From Marsupella aquatica (taxonomy: Eukaryota; Plantae; Marchantiophyta), in assembly GCA_973895155.1 (NCBI GenBank), contig OZ316895.1, positions 9,536,184 to 9,600,183 on the forward strand: a stretch of DNA of 64,000 nucleotides, written 5' to 3'. Below are positions 34,901-46,600 of the stretch, piece by piece (position 1 is the stretch's first letter; the number at the start of each line of letters is the position of its first letter). The position numbers and the translations under genes were made by a program. Under the pieces are notes generated by a model, which had not been told where the DNA came from, did no database searches, and saw nothing but the letters and a program-made list of their open reading frames with translations.

Positions 34901-36539
34901 TAGAGTCTGTCATCATTGCAGAGCTCGACAAGGAGCTAAGAGCAACCCAGGAGGAGAGGGCTACCTTGAAGAAGGAATTGGAGGAAGCCCACAGGGAGCA
35001 GGAGGAGGCCAAAAACGAGCTGGAGGGGGCACGTAAGGACCTGGATGAAACCCAAGAGGAGTTGGAGGAAATCACGAGGAAGATGGAGAACCTACAGCGG
35101 CGGGCCGACAACCAAACAAAGCGGCTGAAGAAACAAGCCGCAGTATTTAAATGCTTAGCTGCAGCAGGTCCATCTCCTGTTGGGACAAACCAGTTACCAG
35201 GGGTGGTAATTGCCGAAGGACAAGCCGCGCCACCTGCACCAGTGCCGGAGGTAAGTGGGAAGGGGAAGGGACCAGCTGCCGAGCCACCAACGAAGAAGAA
35301 GCGGAAACCTTCAGGGTCAAGGAGTAATACGACTTCACAGGCCATGGTGATCAAGGAGGTAGACCCAGCACCGACCCCAGACAGGGTCACGGCTAAGGAT
35401 CCAACTACCCTAGGGGAAGGGGAAGCCGAAGCCGTGGGAGTGGCTGAGGCCGAAGCCGTGGGGATTGCCGAGGCCGGTGTCGAGGCTGAAGCCGAAGGTG
35501 GACCCAGTCAGGCCGATGGAGAGTTGACTCGGTCAAGGGCAGGTAATCTGTCAGTAGGCGGGCCAACGGCAGTGGCTGAGGAGGAAGTATTGGGGGCGTC
35601 CATTGAGGATCCACCACCGGTGTCGTGATGGTGCAAGGGCGCCGTTCCTTTTAGGGAGGGCGGACGTGGAGGGAGGAGGCGTGAGTGGGCAGGGCGGGCA
35701 CGGATCTCCACGTTTAGGATTAGGATCAGAACCAGGAGCGGCCCTGACACTTAGCTTAGTGGGATTGCGGTCCCACTGGTAGGAGCAACACTTGTGCTCC
35801 TGCCTTGCTGTACATAGGTAGATTCGGGCAAGTAGATTACTGTTAAGTAGATTAGGCTTACGATGCAAAGAAGGGCGGATCCACTACCAGGATAAGTACC
35901 TGGGCAGCGGGGAGCTCAGGGCCTCTTCTTTAGCAAGTTTTTAGTTTGCACCAGCCGGGCTGGGATCAAGTAGTACGAGAAGCTCTCGGTTAGTCATACA
36001 GTGACCCTTGTGTATATTCATGTTTCCTCATGCCTAAGAGCTGAATAGAGTTGGCCTCACGGCTTAGTTCGCAGAACTTGTGTATGAGATGTACTGTTTG
36101 TATGGCAAGTGCATGGTATGACTCAGTCAGAATGAGTCATTTTGCTATTTGTGTGTCGCATTAACTTGTGTGAAGAGTGCCCACATCAACAGAAGGAAGG
36201 AAAGTAAGCAGGGGAGTGAGAGTTGGATGTGTCGAGCTGAGAGAGGTCTTAGCGGCTTAACCAAGCCTATTGGGGATCATTCCGGCGGCGGAATCCAAAC
36301 ATACCTAACAAGATGGAGGGGAAGACAGGGGAAGGCCTATATTAGGCCGGCTACGTATCTCATGACCCGATGAAGGATCTGTCCAGTATATGTGTGTAAA
36401 ATGTTAATAGTAGTAGTAGAAGGTTAGCAGCGTCCCATGCCGCTAAGCCGCGGAAACGGCCTCGCCAAGCACGAAACCTGCGGGAATCGGCTTGAGCTGG
36501 GGGGTTTCTTGGGTTTAGGGAGCCATGGGACGCACCACA
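31915..36539 (+). repeat. 3' LTR (4625 bp)
   Basis: Near-identical to 21065-25689. Confidence 0.95.
32287..35628 (+). CDS. LTR-encoded 1113-aa protein (copy 2)
   Basis: Open ORF differing from copy 1 by only a few residues. Confidence 0.8.
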   Translation: MSNVNQAAHFWGCLFERATEYIKTYEDEESERAAQERQELARLWELQKTAFLGGELIKDEFLWTPTSNQLDDLLFCKDSVVGIREAIKNCNDIHWELKGSTERWTRATVLGETSTAAEMKRKGAVNDEATPAKRTRSAAPKKPAEQQSRRQGEAEEEEVDPIKAIPTRDDTWKGWAATLPVEVQLHFAREEDACFTAMQTKKYQGFMAGSGLEAFVRLPWLKPEVPESDLLEFVGSWEPETNCTRIYGKDFYLTPKVIAKVFGLPMGNKTKVDTRKTLPDKEFRSFPGPSTKNGFFRNTCTNPHIGEMIDFLRVTMHCNLPRAEIGKAQVYLAERPDPSRDYNGYLLNQLKKILKEEQQVISMGSVSRLGYHMPLLCRYARGQTFAPVLPLQVRAPEEAPTPRPLAEKPQPPVSPTIEQVFRPRKEDLPMQQPGMQSLLKLLEKEKKSASATTTATATMQDTTTEVGLHRLTRENPFAGDKERIRPESKPGVRMYVGTSSSESEAELPEAPTNEEEREKPDIQEVEEAVEDCSHDNSGYGSDHHVPGVRTCGRFVPTLPRVVRGDPNQQSSPESPPPDVAPPSFNGIKQTVQEFQERIKQEEEAALAKEKDLPGGDWPEDIRRLAKKGSKPLATIEEIRRTAWEQRPRWAMPITSTYSTYAKNRAMEYGEMCGELALGIFGEELEVGPFFHREQLEKHQLEEAVALERSKKDEVIRRLRRMEAEIEDLRAAKKAQDELRIKRHELNIMQGQLDAAQADNQNIKDKLTQTQEELADTIKEREKWKQELKNTEEAHITANSRAMAETQRKEWALKGELEKIRGALEQKEVELGKSYQGIMALQQELASLTASFKADLREKDEMLEQTYAKMNQIESVIIAELDKELRATQEERATLKKELEEAHREQEEAKNELEGARKDLDETQEELEEITRKMENLQRRADNQTKRLKKQAAVFKCLAAAGPSPVGTNQLPGVVIAEGQAAPPAPVPEVSGKGKGPAAEPPTKKKRKPSGSRSNTTSQAMVIKEVDPAPTPDRVTAKDPTTLGEGEAEAVGVAEAEAVGIAEAGVEAEAEGGPSQADGELTRSRAGNLSVGGPTAVAEEEVLGASIEDPPPVS

Positions 36540-36544
36540 CTCCC

Positions 36545-37907
36545 AAGTACTCTCGGCCTGATCATAGCCAGCCCACTTCACCAAATACTCTAAGATTTGC
36601 CTTTCCAACTTGCGTTTGTAACGGTGGTCCAGAATTGCCTCCACCTCAAACTCCTCAGCGTCCTCCACCAGCATGGCATCCGGACGCAAGACCTGATCCC
36701 GGTTGGGATCATCGTCTTTGACAAACTTCTTGAGCCGGCTAACATGGTAGCTTTTGCCCACGCCCATTTCCTTGGGTGTGTCCAACACCACCAAAACCGG
36801 ATTATCCTTGTGGGCCCATCGTATGATGCGATAGGGCCCCGCATATCTGGGAGCCAGCTTCCTACTTATGTTCCCGTGGTATTGCTCAGGTCTCAACTGC
36901 AACCAGACGCTCTCCCCAATTTCAAAGCTTACCTGGCGTCAATGTTTATCCCCTTGCTCCTTGTACCGACTTTGGGCAAGGGTCATACCCTTGGTAGCCG
37001 TTTCCACAACTAGGCACCGCTCTCGAATAAAATCGTCCGTAGAAGGAACCTTGCTTTTCGTCCGCCAAGCTTCCGGAGTCCTCCTTGTGGCCAACACAAA
37101 CGGCGCAAACCCCGTCACCAAATGCTTGGTCGAGTTATACCTAAACTCGACCATTGTTAAATGCTTCGCCCAATCCTTCTGATTGGCTGTCACAAAGTGA
37201 CGCAAGTAGTCCTCCACGATACCATTAACCCGTTCTGTTTGGCCATCTGTCTCATGATGATACGTTGATCCCTTGGTCAGGTCTGTTCCGGATAATCGGA
37301 ACAACACCTTCAAAAAATGGCCCGTGAACTTGGTATCGCGATCGGATAGGATATGCAACGGCAATCCCCACTGTCGGAAGACATTGTCAAATACTAGACC
37401 GACAACCTCTCGGGCCGAAACCATCTTCGTAGTAGGCAAGAAATATGCCATCTTGGAAAAATGATCCACGATTGTTAAGATGGAGTTACTGCCGTGAGAC
37501 TCAGGTAATCCAACAATGAAGTCCATGGAGATAGACTCTCATGGAGCTGCAGCTACTGGTAAGGGTTGCAACAGTCCTTTTGCCCTATAGACCATTCGGT
37601 TCTTTTGGCACGAGTAACAACTTTGCACGTGTTGAAGGATCGATTGCTTCATGTCCGGCCAATACACATCTTGTGACATGCTGCGATACGTGGCGGCTTG
37701 TCCTATGTGCCCTCCCCAGGGCGAGTCGTGGTACTTTTGTAGAACCTCTAACCTTAGAGACTCTAGTATGTACACACGCCTCTGCTTGTATCGCCATAAC
37801 TGGACATTATGCGTCGTATCCAACCCCAATGATACGTGCCTTACCTTTGCCCCGGCTACCCCCATTGCTTTGCCAATTCTTAGCTAACCTGTCATCCCCA
37901 TACGCTG
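36545..37907 (-). pseudogene. Chromovirus integrase and chromodomain (frameshifted); the chromodomain continues at 21064
   Basis: MDFIVGLP, SDRD, TDGQTERVN, GPY, and FEVEAILDH...YLVKWAGY...STWE. Confidence 0.9.
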
Positions 37908-38563
37908 CGGCCAGAAGGGCCCAACCTCCATGACAGGAAACAGGAAACAGTGATGATCATAACAGGAAAAATAGTTGAACAAAACAGGAGAATTGGTATT
38001 ATCATTGAGAAAAAATGGCTTAATTTTGGACCCAACCAAAGAGGTCAAATTCAACATCAACTCAAAAAGATGGGGAAAATGACAATTATCGAAAGATGCC
38101 TTTACTAGCGCTTAGTCCTAACCAAGCGTTTGATACCGTTACAAAATATCATTAACAAAATACTCGCTCACCATCTACCGGAATGATCAGAGGATAACGG
38201 TTTCTAAGGCAAGAAAAGGTCATCCTCAAGAATGCATGCAAAAGAAATCCACACGTTCAGACCTAGAAACTACAAACTGAAACCAAGTAAGGAAATGAAG
38301 TCTAGCGCCGGGCGCTAACAAAATTGAAGTCCAAGTGACGATTGAATACAAAGAAATCTCCGTTACCCGTACAATGAAATTTACACATCCAAAAAACTGT
38401 AAAAACAAATTAAGTTTTTTGTGCAACCCACAAAAGATTGAGCCATGTTGAAAAGCAACCAAATGTTGTTTACTAGCGCTGGACGCTAACCAAAACAAAG
38501 TTACCGTTACGAAACGACAAGTCGTACATACCCGTTGAACGTAAACTAGAATACTAAGCCTTC

Positions 38564-41500
38564 CTATAAACCATCAGCATTCTGCCTCGCTAGAATATAA
38601 CGCAGTTCCGCAATGGTAAGAATCGGTTGGCTTGGGAGGATATTGTCCACAAGATCAAGCTTGCAGATAACTTTGTAAACCCAGTACAAGTGTTTACATG
38701 GCATGAAAGGTTTCCCTCGAGAATGTCGACGAAAGAAATCTTCACAAGAGCAACAAGGGAAAATGCAAATCTGCACCCAGTAAGTATTTGCAGTTCGTAA
38801 ATGTGCATGTGTGCGTATCTGGAATCGTTTCCCGTATGAGTTTCCCGATGAAACTTCCATAGTTTTGATCAAAGTCATTATTTCTTTCGTTGCTGATTCA
38901 ATCCTTTTATGATATTCTTGAGTGAGATTTGATCTGGAGCTCATCGCACGCCCGTTTCTCGTTCAAAAATGGATGTTGACTTATGCAAGATCGATCTTTT
39001 CAGGGAAAACGTCAATGTTGATTCTCAGTTCAAATGGAGAAGGACAACGTGAAATAACACCTCCTCTCGAGACTTCAATGCCCTGCTCGTGAAGGAAATT
39101 CAACTCCAGACTTGAAAGATGAGTGCCTTTCTGTACTGGCAAAAAGTCTGGGCAAGTAGGGAGGTTCACAATACCTCGACAAGGGCGGCTCTTCCAGCAA
39201 TCACGAGTGGGGCAGAACCAGACAAGCTCTAGATGGTGTTCACCTCTGAATAAGCGGTAACCTTTGACGACTATTCCGACAACCCCTGCATTTGAAGGAT
39301 ATCCGACCTTCTTAATTTGATTACGACACTCATCTCGATCACAACTTCCAGACAACGTCCCATTACACTGTGGTCCAGCACCGTGTCTGGAAACTCTCCG
39401 CAAATGCCACGACCCGGGTACAGCGTCCACTTCAAAAAGCAAAGTGTCTACAGGAATGAATGGAGTGGTGTTCGGAGCACTTTTTGGAACTTCGAAAGAT
39501 TGAGTGACATGATGGGAAACTGGAGAGCCACTTTCAGACAAATCGATAACTGGATTTGAAGGAGGAGTTCTAAGTATCGGAATGTGCTCAAACTCGGCTG
39601 AGGTCAAATTTCTCCTCTTGCAACCTCGGGTGTTTGGCGTAGTTATGAGAACCGTGTCATGTCGATGGGAGTCTTGTGGAGAGACATTCCCGGTCGTCGG
39701 ACCTTTTCTTTTCATAGACTTCGTCACAAAATCCCCATTCAACGGAGAATCCCTCTCCAAATCAAATTCTGCTGCATTTGCAAGTAACATATTAGAGGCT
39801 TCTTCGAAGAGTTTCGGGGACCCTGCCTGGTCAGCCAAAGGAAAAGCCAATTCAAACACTGTTGGATCGGTACCCCGATGGAGCCCTTCACGATATGCTG
39901 TATAGGCTGCTATTTGTGAGATTGCTCTGTTGTGATCGGTCTTACATCCTTCGAACAAACCAAATGTTTTCTTTCCCTGCCATGCTTTCATGATTCCGTG
40001 AACAGCTTCAGAACCAGTGCAACTGGGAATCATCCCCCCTTCAAGTGCACTTTTTCTCTGAAAAAGAGTTTTGTCAAATTCAGTAAAATATATCGAATAA
40101 AAAAGAGGAACTTTAAAATGGGCGGACAAAAGGTATGAATGTTTTCATGATCATTGTGAAGATTGAAGAAGCTATCAAGCTATTCGTACGTTAGCGCCCG
40201 GCGCTGGCAAAAACATCAGTAAATATCACAATTAGAAAAGGGATATTAATACTAGCGCCAGGCGCTAGTATACATTGACTCACCAAACGTATGAAATTTC
40301 CCCACTGTCGCCACCTCACAACCCACCAAGTGATCCATCCTTGCAACATTCTAAGTTTCCCAGGAATACAATTTCTAGATCTCCACCATGAATCAATCTC
40401 TCGTGAAACCCTGTAGGCTTCCACAAATGAAGCGGCATTCCGCAACTTGTCCCAAAGGATTCTATGTTCAACACGTTTCTCTTCAAGTACTCCTTCGATA
40501 GAGTGACGATGCAAAGACTGATAAAAGTGGAATGCATCCGATCGCTCTCTCTCCGGGTTTGGATGGCCGTCAAAGAAGACATTCCTAACCGCTACCATCC
40601 CGCCTGAGCGTTATCCGCCATGAAACCATGGATTTCCACACCGTTTAAACCGTTCTCCAAAGCGACTTTGATCATCAACCTCCAAGCTTTCTCAAGCGAT
40701 GCAATGTCCTCTGCTTTGAGTTCACAAGTAAATATTGTGCACAAAGCTCGATAGTTATGGTCATACACATGTGCACTAAAAGTACTCCATTCTTTCGACA
40801 TCCTTTTCATCACGTCAAAGCTCACCCATGCTCCTTCTAGAGGCCCCCCTTTCTTCATCTGACGCAGTAAATCTACTCCCGATCCATGACCTTTGATAGT
40901 CATTTTGAAAATATGCGCTCTATCACCTTTACAGCCCTGCCCAGGAAGAAGATATCTTTGGAGAAAAGGAAACGTAACATTATTCTGCATGCGAACCAGA
41001 TATTCCAAATCACCTCGACCAACCTGATCTTTGCGAACGCTCTTAAATAACGCAGAAAACTTCTGAGGCGTTGAAACGAGCATAAGTGATTTCCAGATTT
41101 CTGATTCTTCTAGCTTTGAAATGTCATCCACAGACTCACCTACGACATCCATTAAAGATCCAGTGATCTCATTTTTCAAAACGCACGGTGTAGAAGAAGG
41201 AGACTTCTTATGTTGTCTCCGTATTTCTTCTATTGCTATTTTCTCAGCACTTCTAGACTAGACCTTCCGACATGGATGGTTGTGCACTCCCATATGGATT
41301 GCAAGTCGTGACATGTGTTTTGCAGTGTCATTTTTGATCAAAACTTGCGGGTACATATAAAACATTTTTGCTGGACAAGACTCAACACAAAATGGAACTT
41401 GAAGGCAATAGCGACAAACAATTCCTCCAGCATCGATAAAACTCCCAGGACAATGCTGACCAGAGAGCTTGGGGGTCCCATCCCATCCATTACAGTTTCT

Positions 41501-42313
41501 GACTTGAGTCCTGGTGTAAAACTCACATGCTCTATTTCGGCATTCGAGAGAACCACTACAACTTACTTTCCCAAACTCCCACATCTTCTTCGGAACGACA
41601 TTAGCAGAAGTAGGAAGGATTCTAGTCCAAAGGTAGCAGTCCTTGCATCAATCCATGTTTCGCAGACGATCCCCTTTCGAGCCAACACCTTGAACAGGTG
41701 GAAGCTCAGATATGGTATTCCCATTGTACTCGACAGGTAAGCATTCAACTTGTTTGTGAATGAATGCCTCGGACCTAACAAAGCGCGCTAACTCACTTTG
41801 TCCAGTTGACTTCAACAAGGCATCAAGTGCGCTTCTTCTGTACACAACCAGAACAGGACGAGTTAGAGTGTCTCCATCATCAGACTCCTCCGACGGAATC
41901 AATACGGGGGGTACCTGGGGCGTCAACAAACTGGTACTTCCGCCCTCCTTATTGACCTCACCGCCCTTTGAGATTGGTGGAGAACCCTCAGAGCATTCAG
42001 CGTTGGACGTAAGGTCAATCACATCGTGAGTGACCTGGTGCCTCTCCACCTTGACATGAACAATGTCCCTGAGTTGAATGAAAATCAAGTACTCCACGCC
42101 ATATTCGAGATTCCAAACAACGTCCTCCGCTTTAGTATCAAAATGAGAGGGCCCATCGTTCAAAGTTCTGATACTCAAAATATGTTTTCTCGTCACCCCA
42201 AATCTTCCACACAGGTAATTATCACTAACACGTTTCTTGGTTTCGGAAATCGACACAGGGATCGTCACAACGTCACCTATATTCGGACATGTTATTCCAA
42301 TAATGCGAGACAT
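38564..42313 (-). pseudogene. MULE-type DDE transposase with an N-terminal Cys/His (GCM/WRKY-like) region and a C-terminal SWIM finger
   Basis: VSFDVMKR, GFMADNAQ, FHFYQSL and SWIM CSC...CKH. It has in-frame stops, one frameshift at ~40595, and an intron at ~40283-40058. Confidence 0.8.
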
Positions 42314-43687
42314 TCTAGCTCCCCAAAGATAACCGACTACATAAAATAAAGATACATGGTAAAATGAAGCTAGATTGTATGGTTGAGGGTTTCTTCTAAA
42401 TCCAAGTCTCAAACGGAAAGAGCCGTCGAGCGGTTATAGGATCCGTTGGGTACGGATTTTCTTACCGTTCAAGAAACGACAAAACCATCAATTCGGCTAC
42501 TGTTGAATTAATGGTTTTGACGTTGTAACCAACGGGGTAATATAGTAGCGCCAGGCGCTAGCATTGTCCACATCTGAAATAGCCCAAAAAATGAACAACA
42601 AAAGCAAAGATCATCGACCATTTTGGTTACTGACACAGGTTAACATCCTACGACAGGTTTCGGGTTTCCTTGGAAATATATTGGGTTTCCTTGGAAATAC
42701 CCCCTTATTTATGTCAGATGACAATATTACCCAGGTCTGCTAATATTAAAATTGATCCATTTGAGATCGAGTACAAGCTATCATAATAATAGCGCCAGGC
42801 GCTATCATAAAAGTCATAAAATTGTCAAGATGTACTCGTACATTATTTATTGAAACTTACACATTTTGTGTCCAAACATCTACCATTTTGAGGTGTCTCG
42901 TTACTAGCGTCGGGCGCTATTATTGAAATCTACACATTTGAGCCCTATTTGATACTAAAAGAAAAATAGCGCCTGGGACTTTCATAAACTTTATAGAAAT
43001 AGAATCCGTTTATTACAAAATCTTTCACGCTTCAGTCCATTCATTCGCGTGATTTTTTAGTACAATGTTACTAGCGCCAGGCGCTATTATTAAAATCCTT
43101 CATTTTAAGATATATTTTAGTCTAGCATAATAATAGCGCCAGGCGCTAATATTAGATCGAAGTAGAATACTGACATAAACGGTCTTTTTAAACGGTAACT
43201 TTGACCGTTTATCGTTACAATTTATAATGAATTCTTGGATAAATATATTTATGAGTATCTATAAACTAGTTAAAATGTGACAAGTGTCAACCTTTAGTAG
43301 GTCTGATTTTGGATGCTCGTGCTTTTCGATGTGTACTTGTGATACATGTCGGTCTGCCAGAGGGTATATCAGATAAGATATTTTCGCGATAGTGTCTTCC
43401 TTGATCGTTAGAACGAAACCTGCGCACGTTTAGGATCGTTGTCAATCATTCGTCCATATCGGTACAGCACCACAAGAAACGTTGCATCACGCAAGAAGCA
43501 CGTTGCGGTGCGGGTTCCCCGTGTGTATGCATCTTAAACAAACATGGAGAATCATTCTCCTGGCCATTCTGAAACATCTGAGTCCTCATTCTCCGGATCA
43601 GTTTATACTCGAAGAGTCACTCGTTCGTCTGCATCGAACTCTTTGTGAAACATTAGTCAGGCGATTCCAAAGCCAAAAAGAGGCATC

Positions 43688-46600
43688 ATGGAGTCTTACG
43701 GAGATTTTGCAATGGAGGACGGGGGCGAGGGAGTCCTGTCCATGGATGCTGTGATCGAGAAATACGCAATGTCGTTTGGAGTCGATTTTAGAGGGGAGAA
43801 GAAAGAGCCGCCGCGTATCCCTCTTTGTCGGCTTGTTCACATGGAAATCGTTCAGACTTTACAGAAAAATAGTGCATCTATCGATAAGCTCAAGGATTCA
43901 TTTCGGAGCTCTGGGTACAACTCTTCAATTGGGATGCGGTTTTACGTCCAGCCCACGGATTCAGAAGGAGTCATTCAATTCTGCACGCCTGAAATTCGGG
44001 AGACCTGGGATGCTGTTTGGGTTGCCCAGAACGACTTGTTTGAAGCAGAATGTGCTATTGATCCAGATTTCCACATTCTGAAGGATAAGATGTTCTATGT
44101 TTTTGACGGGAATCATCGACTCTACTCATGGACCCAAGTAACAAATGAGAATCCAGACAATATCAAGTACCATCCGCGTGTTCAATGCACTGTTTTTAAG
44201 GGAGATCGAGGTTCTCTAGTTGAGCTTGAAGCGGCTATGCACACGGTGAACCAGTAAGTATTCCTCAAGTTGCATAAACGCTATTGAATTTGGTCGATTG
44301 CGCTTGATTTTTGAAAGGTTAGTTAGCGCCAGGCGCTAATATTTGCCATTATATCTTACAGGTTAGGGCAAGTTGTGGTGGAACCATCGTGGATTCTTGA
44401 TGCCGATAGAATCAATAGGATTTTAACTCATGACTTGGAGGCCTACAAGCCGATCATCGACCCCGGAAGCTTCAAGCGATTTCAAACTGTTCGTGCCAAA
44501 ACAAGAAAGGGGTCTTGGTATACCAAGCAGATGCCATTGGAAGCATTGGTATACATCTTGTGTGAAAACAAGATTAAGTCATATTCACTTCAATTTAAGC
44601 TTGACTTGGCTGCTGCGGCAAGTCAAGGTCGCCCGTGGTCATCTGAAGAGACTGGTAAGCGGTATCCTGCCATGATGAAGGAGGCAACGAAGGAGTGGAG
44701 CATAAAGACATCCAAGATTACCCCCCTGATAAGCCCAGAGTTTGGTGATTTTCTGTCAACTTGTGCAGAAATGTACATTCTTACGGAGAGGAACAAACGA
44801 GAAAAGAAGTCGGACTCTGTAGTATGTACAATGGACCGCGCGCGTCTATTCACTGCTGTCTCCTACTTGGATCCACAACTGCGCTGTACTCTTCTTGTCG
44901 CTCACTGTACACCCGAGCTCAGAAAACAATTTTACCATCCCCCGAGTGTGAATGATGACCCTGTTAAATAGTGGTGTCATACATGGCACATGTGGAGTTT
45001 GGTGGAAGGAATTGCAATTGCAATGTTACAGACATCTCTTTCGCAAGTCCAGTCGATCCTACCTGCTGATCGTCTAACGCTAGGAGGAGTGGAGACGTTT
45101 GAAGCATTGGTCTTGAACATCACCAATGATTTCAAGACATACGGTGAAACAATGAAGGCAAAGTTTTTTAGCACAATTTGGCAGTCCAAGTACGGAGACA
45201 AGGAAGACTATACCATTCGCAACCAGAAGCGAGCCAAGAGATATCTGTATCGCTTCTACATGGCGATGGAGACCAGTTCTCCAGAGTATTTTTGGGCTTA
45301 CCCTCCTGCATTCCAGAAATGGTCCGTTCTAGAGGGGGATGCTTCTAGCGAAGTTTACTCAATGTACCCTGCCGAAGGGGACGTTACACCACGTGAAATT
45401 TCATTGTGGGAGATAACCCACTGTCCATGGTATCTTGACATAGATAAGTGGGACACCCCTTTCGATGAAGCTGAAAAGGATGCATTTCTGAAATTATCAA
45501 AGTCTTTAGTGCCTCGGAAAGTTCTCTCTGAAATGAAACAAGGTTTATCGGAAGATGTAGATGCCTCGGCGAGCGAGCTGTAGAAACATTGCAAAACAGA
45601 AGTTTTGCATGTAGACAGGAGTCAAAAACCCCGGGCGAAAGCAAAAGTAGACACTGGAGTAACTAGCCCATCAACGAGATCCGGGAAGAAACGTGAGATT
45701 CTTCTATTTTTCATTGGCATTCAGTAATTTCCCTTCACTAGTTTGGATATTTAGGTTACTTTTTGTTTAGCGCCACATATGTTGGTGTCCCTTTATTGCT
45801 TGATTTTGTGTAGTTTGGTTAGCGCCCGGCGCTGGTGTTATTTTCCATTGGCATTCTGTATTTTTTTGATGAGCGCTGCAGATCAAGTTGTCTATTTGGT
45901 TAGCACCCGGAAGGGCAATTTGGTTAGCGCCCGACGCTGGTGTTATGTGGACCGTAATCTTGGAAACTTTTGTATCTTTTTCTAGGTGGACGGAAATTGG
46001 ATGGAGAAGAAACACAAGATGCAAAGACGACTGTCACTCCTGGAGTCTCTGAAGCTGATACGGGGGAACAAGATGTTCCTGATGAACAGACTCCTCCCAA
46101 CACGGAGAAGATGGTGCGACCTGCAGATGCCACCAGCACAAAGAAAAAGAAAAAGAAATCTTCGGATCATGGATTTTCCTCTCGGGATTCGGTCGCTTCC
46201 ACTGGTGTTCAACGAGATGTTGGACAGTTCAAGTCTAAGACTTCTAGGCATGTTTTTGTTGAGTCCAGCGTAATGGACTTCTTTGAGAGTGTGTTCACGA
46301 AAGAGCAGAAACCGGCTTGGGTGTCAAATGTGGAGAAGTGGGTGAAAGACCTAGTCTTGCTTGGTCTAAGGGAGAAAGGAGTCATAAGAGGAGGAAAGAT
46401 AAGATCATTTGGAGTTGATGCTGGATTCGTTTACCTCCCAACTGGACTGCGTCCATCCCTTTTAGAGAAGAAGTCTCCAAAATGGAATTCCCCAGATCAC
46501 AAAATTGTTGGTTCATTCTTTCGCGCAATGGACCCCTTTCTAGCAGATGATGGTATATTGGCCATTTTGCATACTGGCGAGTATGATCAGATCTCGCAGG

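Larger units (their letters stand above)
21065..36539 (+). mobile_element. Young non-chromoviral Ty3/Gypsy element with 4625-bp LTRs
   Basis: TG...CA termini, TSD CTCCC (21060-21064 and 36540-36544), PBS-like TGGCGCTAGATGGAGG at ~25695, and PPT AAGTGGGGAG before 31915. It is inserted in the host chromodomain (STWE|PEENL). Confidence 0.95.

Noticed and set aside
31915-36539. Segmental duplication or assembly artefact explaining the duplicated 1113-aa ORF
   Set aside because: TSD, TG/CA ends, PBS, PPT, scattered substitutions and a third copy with the same end all indicate true LTRs.
36360-36902. 180-aa ORF as an independent chromodomain gene
   Set aside because: It is a chimeric frame crossing the insertion junction at 36539/36540.
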